NCBI GenBank assembly: GCA_045643945.1
Contig: JAZRGA010000052.1
Span: forward strand, 15,311-79,310
From: Eubacteriales bacterium
GTDB taxonomy: Bacteria; Bacillota; Clostridia; Oscillospirales; CAG-272
Length of the DNA: 64,000 nucleotides
Direction: 5' to 3'
Below, piece after piece: positions 21,724 to 30,091 of the stretch (position 1 is the stretch's first letter; each line of letters opens with the position of its first letter). The notes under the pieces are model-generated. The model worked only from the letters and a program-made list of their open reading frames with translations. It did not search any database and had not been told where the DNA came from. The position numbers were made by a program, and so were the translations under genes.

Positions 21724-23283
21724 ATGAAAAAATTAAACGATTTAGAATATTTAAAACTAAATAAATTTAAAGCCTTTTGGTATAATGTGCTGCTCTTCTT
21801 TTGCGCAATTCCGACATGGTTTAAAAATCTCGGAAAGAAGATTGGCAGTGGTATATTAGGCTGCGGTCTTGGCATAAAAAATGAAGTGCTTGACATAGGC
21901 TCTACCTTTGCTAAGGGCAATTGGGCGGTAAAAATATCGTTCTTTATTTTTGGATTTGGTAATTTTTATTATGGACAGATACTTAGAGGAATACTTTTCC
22001 TCTTGTTCGAAATAGTGTTTATCGCTTATATGGCTTTGCCCAGTGGCGGTATTTATTGGCTTTCTAAATGTAATTGGTTTCAGAAGGGCGTTACTGTCGG
22101 TACCGTTCAGGGCGAAATGGTTTATAATGAAATTTACGATACACAATCGTGGGTTCCCGGTGATGACTCGGTAAAGGTTCTTCTTTACGGATTGCTTACG
22201 GTTATTTTCATTGTAGCATTTATATACACATGGCGTCTTCAGGTTAAGCAGTGCCGCTTGTGTATGGATATAACCGCAAAGGGTAAAAAGGTAAAAAGTG
22301 GTAGTAGCGACCTTAAATCGCTTCTTGACGATCAGTTCCACAAAACTCTTTTGGCACTTCCGTTGTTTGGCATTTTTGCGTTTACTGTGCTTCCCATAAT
22401 ATTTATGGTGCTTATAGCATTTACAAGCTATGATGCGGCTCACGACGGTTATTCTAACCTCTTTACTTGGGTTGGATTTGACCACTTTAACGAAATATTC
22501 AATTTCGAAGCAGGCGGACTCGGACTTACCTTCGGAGAGATACTCTCGTGGACTCTTATGTGGGCATTCTTTGCAACCTTTACTAACTATTTCCTTGGTA
22601 TGCTCGTTGCAATAATGATTAATAAAAAGGGAATTAAGATTAAAAAATTCTGGAGAACGGTTCTCGTTATGACGATAGCAATTCCTCAGTTTGTTTCGCT
22701 TTTGTATGTTTCGAGAGCATTTGGCTCATCAGGACTTATAGGTAGAGTTCTCGGAGAAATTCCGTTTATAGATAATTATTTGTTCACGAATAATTTCGTT
22801 TCTCTTTGGGACTCTCCGATAATTGCAAAGGTATTGCTTATAGTAATTAATATTTGGGTAGGTATTCCTTATATTATGCTTATGGCAACGGGTATTCTTA
22901 TGAATATTCCTCAGGACCTTTATGAATCGGCAAAGATTGACGGTGCAAACGGTACTCAGCAGTTTATGAAGATTACACTTCCTTATATGCTCTTTGTAAC
23001 AGGTCCGTATTTGCTTACAAGCTTTGTAGGAAACCTTAATAACTTTAACGTTATTTATCTTCTTTCGGAAGGAAACCCGATAAAGGGAGTTGCGGGCGGA
23101 GCATCTGTCGGACATACCGATTTGCTTATAACGTGGCTCTTTAAGATGACGTTCGGAAGTACGGAAAGTAAATATTATATGGCATCTATCGTAGGTATTT
23201 TGATATTCGTGGTAGTTGCGGTGCTTTCGCTTATCATCTATAATGTAATTCCGTCAAGTAAGAATGAGGAGGATTACAAGTAA
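21724..23283 (+). CDS. malF: Sugar ABC transporter permease, MalF-like
   Basis: 519 aa starting at MKKLNDLEYLKL. Multi-TM, with an EAA loop (ESAKIDGANGTQQFMKITLP). The ORF-track start at 21622 lies inside the upstream terminator hairpin and is rejected. Confidence 0.78.
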   Translation: MKKLNDLEYLKLNKFKAFWYNVLLFFCAIPTWFKNLGKKIGSGILGCGLGIKNEVLDIGSTFAKGNWAVKISFFIFGFGNFYYGQILRGILFLLFEIVFIAYMALPSGGIYWLSKCNWFQKGVTVGTVQGEMVYNEIYDTQSWVPGDDSVKVLLYGLLTVIFIVAFIYTWRLQVKQCRLCMDITAKGKKVKSGSSDLKSLLDDQFHKTLLALPLFGIFAFTVLPIIFMVLIAFTSYDAAHDGYSNLFTWVGFDHFNEIFNFEAGGLGLTFGEILSWTLMWAFFATFTNYFLGMLVAIMINKKGIKIKKFWRTVLVMTIAIPQFVSLLYVSRAFGSSGLIGRVLGEIPFIDNYLFTNNFVSLWDSPIIAKVLLIVINIWVGIPYIMLMATGILMNIPQDLYESAKIDGANGTQQFMKITLPYMLFVTGPYLLTSFVGNLNNFNVIYLLSEGNPIKGVAGGASVGHTDLLITWLFKMTFGSTESKYYMASIVGILIFVVVAVLSLIIYNVIPSSKNEEDYK

Positions 23284-23285
23284 TT

Positions 23286-24392
23286 ATGGCAAATAATATG
23301 AAATCATTAAAGAAACAGCTTAAAGAGCAGGAAAAGCTTGCAAACAAGGAAAAGGCTCAAGCATTAAAGGAAAGCAAAGAGAAGCGCGCTAACGAGATTG
23401 CTTTACTTTTAAATGAAGCAAGCGAGTTGAGAAAAGAAGCTAAAATTTTGAAAAAAGCCGATAAAGCTCTCGCCGATGATAAGCTCTCGCGCGCTAAAGA
23501 ACTCGAAGAAAATGCTCGCAATATAAAGAATAGCGGCAAAAAGAGCCTTGGTATTAAGACGAGCAGACGCATAGGTAACTTTGTAATATATACGTTACTT
23601 ATCGCTATGACTGTTATTTGGCTTGCACCCTTCGTTGGTATTGTTCTTGAGTCCTTTAAGGCGGAAACTACAATGCAGACTCCTTATCTTTTACCAAAGG
23701 AATGGGGATTAAAGCATTATATTAGACTTTTCACCGAAACAGACTTTATGAAATGGTTTATAAATACCGCAATAATGGGCGTTGCTACTGCGGTTTTGCA
23801 GACGGTATTCGTTCTTGCGATGAGCTACGTTCTTTCCCGTATGAGATTTAAGGGCAGAAAGGCTCTTATGAACTTTATGCTTATTCTCGGAATGTTCCCA
23901 GGATTTCTTACGATGATACTCATTTATAAGGTATTTTCCGATGCGGGACTTACTATGAATATGGCGCCTCTCGGACTTATTATCGTTTATTGCGCAAGCA
24001 GTGCTATGGGCTATTACGTTTCAAAGGGCTTCTTCGATACTATTCCTAAGAGCCTTGATGAAGCAGCAAGAGTTGACGGCGCTACACGATTTCAGGTATT
24101 TTATAAGGTTATAATGCCCCTTTCAAAGCCGATAGTTATTTATACTGTTCTTATGGGATTTATGGCTCCTTGGGGTGACTTTATGATGGCAAGCTATCTT
24201 ATACACGAAAACAGCCAGGGTATGAACGTTGCAGTTGGTATGTTTGAGTGGCTTTCAAGAACTAATCTCAATTCTTATTATACAATGTTCTGCGCGGCAG
24301 GCGTAATTGTAGCAATTCCCGTTGTAATAGTATTCCTCGCACTTCAAAAATATTACGTTGAAGGCGTTACGGGTGGAGCAGTTAAAGGTTAA
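23286..24392 (+). CDS. malG: Sugar ABC transporter permease, MalG-like, with a ~95-aa Lys/Glu-rich N-terminal extension
   Basis: EAA loop EAARVDGATRFQVFYKVIMP and 6 TM segments. The N-terminus MANNMKSLKKQLKEQEKLANKEKAQALKESKEKRANE... is predicted to be a charged helix. Confidence 0.78.
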   Translation: MANNMKSLKKQLKEQEKLANKEKAQALKESKEKRANEIALLLNEASELRKEAKILKKADKALADDKLSRAKELEENARNIKNSGKKSLGIKTSRRIGNFVIYTLLIAMTVIWLAPFVGIVLESFKAETTMQTPYLLPKEWGLKHYIRLFTETDFMKWFINTAIMGVATAVLQTVFVLAMSYVLSRMRFKGRKALMNFMLILGMFPGFLTMILIYKVFSDAGLTMNMAPLGLIIVYCASSAMGYYVSKGFFDTIPKSLDEAARVDGATRFQVFYKVIMPLSKPIVIYTVLMGFMAPWGDFMMASYLIHENSQGMNVAVGMFEWLSRTNLNSYYTMFCAAGVIVAIPVVIVFLALQKYYVEGVTGGAVKG

Positions 24393-24404
24393 TCGGAGGA
24401 AATT

Positions 24405-25529
24405 ATGGCAAGTGTTAAATTAACTAATGTAAAAAAGATATACGGCAAGGATACGGTTGCTGTTCAGGATTTCAACCTCGATATTGCCGATAAAGAATTT
24501 ATAGTATTCGTAGGACCGTCAGGATGCGGTAAATCCACGACTCTCCGTATGATTGCGGGTCTTGAGGATATTTCTGCGGGAACTGTTGAAATTGACGGAG
24601 TTGTAGTTAACGATCTTCAGCCCCGCGACCGTGATATAGCAATGGTATTCCAAAACTATGCGCTTTATCCGCATTTAACGGTATTTGAAAATATGGCGTT
24701 TAGCCTTCGTCTTAAGAAGGTGTCGCAGGATGAGGTTTATGAAAGAGTAACTCAGGCTGCGGAAATTCTCGGTATTACACAGTACCTTACCAGAAAGCCG
24801 AGAGCGCTTTCGGGTGGTCAGCGTCAGAGAGTCGCTATCGGACGCGCTATGGTTAGAGATAGTAAGGTTTTCCTTATGGACGAGCCGCTTTCTAACCTTG
24901 ATGCAAAGCTTCGTAATCAGATGAGAGCAGAAATTATTTTGCTCCGTCAAAAGATTGATACTACTTTTATTTATGTAACTCACGACCAGACCGAGGCTAT
25001 GACGCTTGGCGACCGTATTGTTATTATGAAGGATGGCTTCATTCAGCAGGTCGGAACACCAACAGAGGTGTTTGATATGCCTAAAAACCTTTTTGTAGCG
25101 GAGTTTATTGGTGCACCTAAGATGAATACCTTTAAAACTCAGCTCGTTCGCGAAAACGGTAAATATTACGTTACACCTTACGGAGCAAAGATTGAGGTTA
25201 GCGGTAAGAAGGCAGAACAGCTCGCAGAGAGGGGCGTAGATACACAGGAAATAATTTTGGGCGTTCGTCCTGAGCATATTATTCTTGCAGATTCTTCTGA
25301 CCCCGCAGCTATACCTTGTAAGATAGTTGTAAACGAAATGATGGGAAGCGAACTTCATATTCACGCAGTTGAGGATAACGGTGATAAGCTTATCGTTCGT
25401 ATTCCTACTATTCGCTTGACTGATGAGGAAAGAAAATCTCTTGTTTACGGTACAACGATTTACGTAACCTTCGAAAGTAAGGTAATGCATTTCTTCAATA
25501 AGGATACAGAGGAAAATCTTCTCGTTTAA
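24405..25529 (+). CDS. msmK: Sugar ABC transporter ATP-binding protein (MsmK/MalK/UgpC type)
   Basis: Walker A GPSGCGKST, signature LSGGQRQRVAIGRA, Walker B VFLMDEPLSNLDA, and a C-terminal regulatory (TOBE) domain. Confidence 0.9.
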   Translation: MASVKLTNVKKIYGKDTVAVQDFNLDIADKEFIVFVGPSGCGKSTTLRMIAGLEDISAGTVEIDGVVVNDLQPRDRDIAMVFQNYALYPHLTVFENMAFSLRLKKVSQDEVYERVTQAAEILGITQYLTRKPRALSGGQRQRVAIGRAMVRDSKVFLMDEPLSNLDAKLRNQMRAEIILLRQKIDTTFIYVTHDQTEAMTLGDRIVIMKDGFIQQVGTPTEVFDMPKNLFVAEFIGAPKMNTFKTQLVRENGKYYVTPYGAKIEVSGKKAEQLAERGVDTQEIILGVRPEHIILADSSDPAAIPCKIVVNEMMGSELHIHAVEDNGDKLIVRIPTIRLTDEERKSLVYGTTIYVTFESKVMHFFNKDTEENLLV

Positions 25530-25550
25530 TCAGTATTGAATCAATAAAAG

Positions 25551-25577
25551 GCATCGGTGAAATATCCGATGCTTTTT
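25551..25577 (+). terminator. Rho-independent terminator of the transporter operon
   Basis: GCATCGG (25551-25557) pairs with CCGATGC (25565-25571), followed by TTTTTT. Confidence 0.6.
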
Positions 25578-25679
25578 TGTATGTATTAGTATTAAATAAA
25601 AGTAAGGCGGAGGTATAATTTTTTTAAAACAACAGATACTAACAGTACAAATCTGTAAATTAAGGAGATTTTTATATAA

Positions 25680-26237
25680 ATGAAAGCCACAGGAATTGTG
25701 AGAAGAATTGATGACCTCGGACGTGTAGTTATTCCTAAAGAAATAAGACGAACAATGCGTATCCGCGAGGGCGACCCGCTTGAAATATATACAAACAGAG
25801 AAGGCGAGGTTATTTTTAAAAAGTATTCGCCTATCGGAGAGATAAATTCATTTGCTTCTCAATACGCAGAAACTCTTTACCGCACCTGCAATTTGGAAAT
25901 TCTTATTTCTGACCGTGATGCTGTAATAGCGCTTGCAGGTGTTTCAAAAAAGGAATATATGGACAGAGCATTGAGTCACGAGCTTGAAAAAATTATGGAG
26001 GGAAGAAGCGTTTACCGTTATCGCGAGGGTGATGAATATATTTACCCGATAAACACTCCGACAGGACATTTTGTAAGCTGCGCTATGCCGATAATAACAG
26101 AGGGGGACGTTATCGGTTGCGTGGTAGCCCTTTCGCCCATTGGTAAGGAGCGGACTACCGATATGACTGTATACGATACCGAGGCAAAGCTTATAACGAC
26201 CGCCGCAATATTTTTAGGAAAGCAAATGGAATCTTAA
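25680..26237 (+). CDS. spoVT: Stage V sporulation protein T (AbrB-type N-terminal domain plus GAF-like C-terminal domain)
   Basis: MKATGIVRRIDDLGRVVIPKEIRRTMRIREGDPLEIY is the SpoVT/AbrB swapped-hairpin motif. The length of 185 aa fits SpoVT rather than AbrB. Confidence 0.85.
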   Translation: MKATGIVRRIDDLGRVVIPKEIRRTMRIREGDPLEIYTNREGEVIFKKYSPIGEINSFASQYAETLYRTCNLEILISDRDAVIALAGVSKKEYMDRALSHELEKIMEGRSVYRYREGDEYIYPINTPTGHFVSCAMPIITEGDVIGCVVALSPIGKERTTDMTVYDTEAKLITTAAIFLGKQMES

Positions 26238-26341
26238 GAATAAATTAAAAATCATACCGCTTTAAATCGTTTATGATATTTAGCGGTATTTTTTGATGTA
26301 ATAATATTTTTCAAAAAATATTTTATTTTTCCAAAAAGGTA

Positions 26342-26370
26342 TTGATTTTTTGTATTTTTTATGATATAAT
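26342..26370 (+). promoter_or_regulatory. SigA-type promoter for tRNA-Ser
   Basis: TTGATT (26342-26347), 17-nt spacer, TATAAT (26365-26370), about 42 nt upstream of the tRNA. Confidence 0.5.
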
Positions 26371-26412
26371 ATCAACGTTGCAAAATCGCAACCCTATATT
26401 TAGTTAATATTT

Positions 26413-26501
26413 GGAGAGATATCGAAGTGGTCATAACGGGGCTGACTCGAAATCAGTTTGTGCTAACGCACACGAGGGTTCGAATCCCTCTCTCTCCGCC
26501 A
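26413..26501 (+). tRNA. tRNA-Ser (anticodon CGA), class II with long variable arm, CCA encoded
   Basis: Acceptor GGAGAGA/TCTCTCC. Anticodon stem GCTGA/TCAGT with loop CTCGAAA. Variable arm GTGC-TAAC-GCAC. T-arm GAGGG-TTCGAAT-CCCTC. Discriminator G followed by CCA. Confidence 0.9.
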
Positions 26502-26505
26502 AGTG

Positions 26506-26549
26506 AAACCTAAATTGAACTTTACGTTTGATTTAGGTTTTTCTTTTTT
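26506..26549 (+). terminator. Rho-independent terminator after tRNA-Ser
   Basis: AAACCTAAAT (26506-26515) pairs with ATTTAGGTTT (26531-26540), followed by TTCTTTTTT. Confidence 0.65.
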
Positions 26550-26618
26550 ATCAAGCGAAGCGATATCGACTTGTATCAAGACAAGCACACGCCTTAGTAC
26601 CAAAAAATATCAAGCACC

Positions 26619-26647
26619 TTGACAGGTTTGCCTATATATGATATAAT
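26619..26647 (+). promoter_or_regulatory. Consensus SigA promoter of the five-gene cassette
   Basis: Perfect TTGACA (26619-26624), exactly 17 nt of spacer, then a perfect TATAAT (26642-26647). Confidence 0.6.
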
Positions 26648-26715
26648 TCTACCAGAAGTAGAATTACATTATTTTCATCATAAATCAAAAAAATTCCACA
26701 TCTACGAGATGTAGG
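26645..26715 (+). promoter_or_regulatory. Two CTAC-N5-GTAG inverted repeats (candidate operators)
   Basis: AATTCTAC-cagaa-GTAGAATT (26645-26665) overlaps the -10 box and transcription start. ATCTAC-gagat-GTAGG (26700-26715) lies ~53 bp downstream, just upstream of a possible second, extended -10 promoter (TGaTAGAAT, 26736-26744). Confidence 0.4.
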
Positions 26716-26777
26716 TTTACCTTTTTTCAAATTTGTGATAGAATTATATCAACAAAATACAGGAGGTTTTTATAGGA

Positions 26778-28691
26778 ATGTTAGATAAAAAACACAGCGT
26801 AGGAAAAACAATTGCTACACTCAGAAAAGCAAAAGGATTAACTCAAGTTGAACTTGCCGAGAAGCTCCAAGTCAGCGACAAGGCAATCAGCAAGTGGGAA
26901 AAGGATGATTCCTTTCCAAGCATAGAATTTTTCCCCGCACTTGCCGAATTATTTAATGTTAGTATTGATTATCTCATTACTGGCAAGGCTCCCGAAAAAG
27001 AAATTATTTTAATGTCAAAATTAGAATATTGTGCAAAGACGGATGATCCCTCTTTTTTAAGTAATATCAATTTAAAAGCTACAGATGAAAATGGAAAAAC
27101 AATCTTAAATTACGTAAAGCAGTATGAAAGTTATAATGTTTTTTCTGCAATTTGCGATAAGGACCCAGCTTTAATAAAGAAAATGGATTTTGAAACCGCA
27201 TTTAAGTTTTCGTTAATTGCAAACCGTATTGATATACTCAAAAAAGATATTATTTCGTGTTTAAATTTTCAAAGTTCAAATTTTATGCAACATGTATCAA
27301 AAGCAGGTATTAAAAATCTCTTTCATATTGAAGACAAATCGTACACTCGCTATATTCACGATAAAACATTATGTTGCATAAGTGATGATATGCTTGATAT
27401 AATAGTTACAAATACAAGAATTAACGATGACACAATGCAATATATATTATCAAAGCACGATATAATGACAAGCGTTTGGTATCAAATGTTCCCATATCTA
27501 ATTCATCAAAGTTATCTACATAACAATACCGAATTACTCAACAAAATATTAGAAATATCCATAGGCAACAATCAATATGCGTACGAAAAATATAAAGGAT
27601 ATTACGATACTGATTGTTTGCTACAGGGTGCGGGAAATCTGTTCGCATATTCTGATAGATATTTTGATGAGGGAAGACATGGGCTTGTTAGAATTTTAGA
27701 AAAAACTATAAAGTTAGCTCTTGTGAGAGGTGATTTTGAATTGGTAGAAAAATTCAATGAAATCAATTCAAATATAATGAATCACTATAGGCAAAGTAAA
27801 TGCTACATAGCTAATTCTGATGAAATTCGTGTTGCTAAACTTAAACAAGATAAAAACGTCAGCAACGATGAAATCGCTATACAGTCTGCAATCCATTACG
27901 GAATTATTTGCGTTGATGAATTATTGACTATTAACAATCTTGCACTTGTGAAAAAAACGTTAAATGAATATCCTATAACAATTATTGATTGGACATATAA
28001 TTTAATAAAATCTGACAATTGGAAACCTCTGTTCCAGTTTGCAGTAGATAATAAATTTAATCGCTTGGCTAATATTATATTGAATGCGAAGAAAGAAGAC
28101 GAAATATTTGAATTCCTCTGGTCAACAATTTACCAAACAAATTACTCACAACCCGATATGAGATGTGATATAAGATATCAGCTTTACTCATTAAATCAAA
28201 ATTATCTTAACACTAACAATAAGTATGGATCATATTTTCCTAATTGTATTCCGCATGCGAATTTTGATTCTGTGGTTAGTTATTTACAAAAGTGTAAAGA
28301 ACAAATTGTATTAACCTTAGAAAATCAATTTAATAAAAATAAGGCTATCAAGGATTTAACCAAAGATTATTTTGAAACCGAACTAAAAAAAGGCAATTTC
28401 AAAATTGTTATAATAGAGCTTTGCAAAAGACTGGAGGCTATTCTAAAATTCGATTATCACTATGAAGGTGATCTTTCTGATATGCTCAAACGCTATTGCG
28501 ATAAGCAATTAAAGTGGGAAGAAGACGATGGATGGGGGTATACATCATGGAGAAGGGACGAAAAGACGATAAAAGCACTTACATCATTGCGTCTCCAAAG
28601 AAACAATATTGCTCATCCCGATAAACGCATATCTAATATGAGCCTTGAAGAAATAGAATATTGCATTGATTATATTTGCAAAATGGGATAA
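26778..28691 (+). CDS. XRE-family HTH protein with a long alpha-helical repeat region and a C-terminal DUF4145/HEPN-like module (function unknown)
   Basis: AGGAGG RBS. Residues 7-68, KTIATLRKAKGLTQVELAEKLQVSDKAISKWEKDDSFPSIEFFPALAELFNVSIDYLITG, form a classic Cro/C1 HTH. The C-terminal ~95 aa read ...IIELCKRLEAILKF...TIKALTSLRLQRNNIAHPD...LEEIEYCIDYI, with the Rx4H motif at nt 28599-28616. The middle ~450 aa are helical with at least one ankyrin-like unit (TDENGKTILNYVKQYESYNVF). Confidence 0.6.
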   Translation: MLDKKHSVGKTIATLRKAKGLTQVELAEKLQVSDKAISKWEKDDSFPSIEFFPALAELFNVSIDYLITGKAPEKEIILMSKLEYCAKTDDPSFLSNINLKATDENGKTILNYVKQYESYNVFSAICDKDPALIKKMDFETAFKFSLIANRIDILKKDIISCLNFQSSNFMQHVSKAGIKNLFHIEDKSYTRYIHDKTLCCISDDMLDIIVTNTRINDDTMQYILSKHDIMTSVWYQMFPYLIHQSYLHNNTELLNKILEISIGNNQYAYEKYKGYYDTDCLLQGAGNLFAYSDRYFDEGRHGLVRILEKTIKLALVRGDFELVEKFNEINSNIMNHYRQSKCYIANSDEIRVAKLKQDKNVSNDEIAIQSAIHYGIICVDELLTINNLALVKKTLNEYPITIIDWTYNLIKSDNWKPLFQFAVDNKFNRLANIILNAKKEDEIFEFLWSTIYQTNYSQPDMRCDIRYQLYSLNQNYLNTNNKYGSYFPNCIPHANFDSVVSYLQKCKEQIVLTLENQFNKNKAIKDLTKDYFETELKKGNFKIVIIELCKRLEAILKFDYHYEGDLSDMLKRYCDKQLKWEEDDGWGYTSWRRDEKTIKALTSLRLQRNNIAHPDKRISNMSLEEIEYCIDYICKMG

Positions 28692-28702
28692 GGAGAGCGA
28701 TT

Positions 28703-29419
28703 ATGGATAAATACCAAGAATATATATTTAAAAATTCAAATAGTTATTACGGTTTATCTGTTTGCGGCAAATCTGATTTGGAAAAAGTCATTTTTGAAGA
28801 TAAAATCATATTTAAACAAAACGAAGATATAATGATAACTGATTATGTTTTTTATATAGCAAATATTGGAATTGAATCTGTTCTTTCAATCACAGACGGT
28901 AAAGAAACACCTCTAAAACAAGAGTCAGACCCCCAAAGAAGTCGCAAAAACAGATTCTTTTTACATGTTAGTTTTGATGACAAAATCGATGCTATTAAAA
29001 TTATTTTTAAAAATAATTTAGCGGACGATTTAACTTTTCCCGTTACATATGTGTATGCCGATAAAGAGAAATTTTATGCCAAAAGAGAAAAAGAGCGTAA
29101 AGAAAAATTAATAAAAAAAGCAAATATCAAAGTGACTACCGGCGCGGATTTGGTTAATATTTATTTTCAGCCTTGTTGTAATGATTATGCGCGAACTGAA
29201 ATTATTCTTTATAAAGATGATATGATGATTGCAAAATATAAAGTGAATGCAGAAAGTTTCTTTAAATCAATAAGCGGGTTGGCGTACGGCAAATACATGT
29301 TTACGTTAAAACAGCTTGATTCGAAGGAAAACATTCTTATTGAAACAGCGAAAAAAGCGTTTATTATTAGTGCTCCAGAAATTGATCCAGATGATTTTAT
29401 TCCTTATACAGTTATATGA
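28703..29419 (+). CDS. Hypothetical protein, predicted beta-rich, two-lobed with a KREKERKEKLIKK linker
   Basis: Start at ATG 28703, 7 nt after AAGGAGAG and 11 nt after the upstream stop. 238 aa. No family recognised. The stop overlaps the next start (ATGA at 29416-29419). Confidence 0.55.
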   Translation: MDKYQEYIFKNSNSYYGLSVCGKSDLEKVIFEDKIIFKQNEDIMITDYVFYIANIGIESVLSITDGKETPLKQESDPQRSRKNRFFLHVSFDDKIDAIKIIFKNNLADDLTFPVTYVYADKEKFYAKREKERKEKLIKKANIKVTTGADLVNIYFQPCCNDYARTEIILYKDDMMIAKYKVNAESFFKSISGLAYGKYMFTLKQLDSKENILIETAKKAFIISAPEIDPDDFIPYTVI

Positions 29420-29973
29420 ATAACAAATATTTAAAAGTACAATTTAATTCTGATATTGCAAAGGGCAACGATGATGTTCGTATTTCATTTTATGCAAATA
29501 TCGGATTTTTCATTGAAGTTGCACAAATGTTTGAATTTAATTTGCGTAAACTGATATGTTACGAAAGATCTGTTAAGGAAATAGAACAAGGCGAGATCAC
29601 CAAAGAAAATGTGGAACGTATATGCGCAAAGTACGATCAGTATTATGATGACACATATTTTAAAAAATCCAAATTCACTTTAGGAAAGCTTATCGGAGAA
29701 TCAAAAAGTGATTCCTCGATCCCGAAGGAGGTCTTCGATTTCCTTGATGAGTTGAATGATTTTAGAGTAAATCTTGTCCATAAGATTTTTCAAAACAATA
29801 TCATTAGACATTATTTTGATTCTGCAGAATTTGTCCTTGAATATACGAACAAACGAATTATCCCTATGACGGATAAAGCGATTGAAATTAATAAAGTTAT
29901 CATAGAAATAATTGATTTATATCGTAATGACTTGCATGACTATAAAAAGCAAGTTGGAATAAAAATCAACTAA
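29416..29973 (+). CDS. Hypothetical small helical protein with a DUF4145/HEPN-like Rx4H motif
   Basis: 185 aa. GFFIEVAQMFEFNLRKLI ... TLGKLIGESKSDSSIPKEVFDFLDELNDFRVNLVHKIF, with the Rx4H motif (R-VNLV-H) at nt 29764-29781. Translationally coupled to the preceding gene. Confidence 0.5.
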   Translation: MNNKYLKVQFNSDIAKGNDDVRISFYANIGFFIEVAQMFEFNLRKLICYERSVKEIEQGEITKENVERICAKYDQYYDDTYFKKSKFTLGKLIGESKSDSSIPKEVFDFLDELNDFRVNLVHKIFQNNIIRHYFDSAEFVLEYTNKRIIPMTDKAIEINKVIIEIIDLYRNDLHDYKKQVGIKIN

Positions 29974-30091
29974 TGATTTTCTTGATAATTTGATGGGTTA
30001 AACTATCCGATTTCAATACAATCGAGGCGGGAGAATCCAAGTTCAATTTATATACTTATATACTCAAAGAAGTGACAGGAGGTGACCGCTA

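Noticed and set aside
24675-25490. 271-aa antisense ORF opposite msmK. The same applies to 34860-35597 opposite mrp, 21856-22485 opposite malF, 4367-4987 opposite potA and 10688-11158 opposite glgB.
   Set aside because: All lie inside and antisense to genes with unambiguous conserved motifs. Their translations look random.
26778-28691. Interpretation of the 637-aa HTH protein as an RRNPP-type (PlcR/Rgg/AimR-like) peptide-sensing regulator
   Set aside because: HTH plus helical repeats fits superficially. However, the protein is about twice the usual size and ends in an Rx4H module. No small secreted-peptide ORF follows it. I keep this only as an alternative hypothesis to test.
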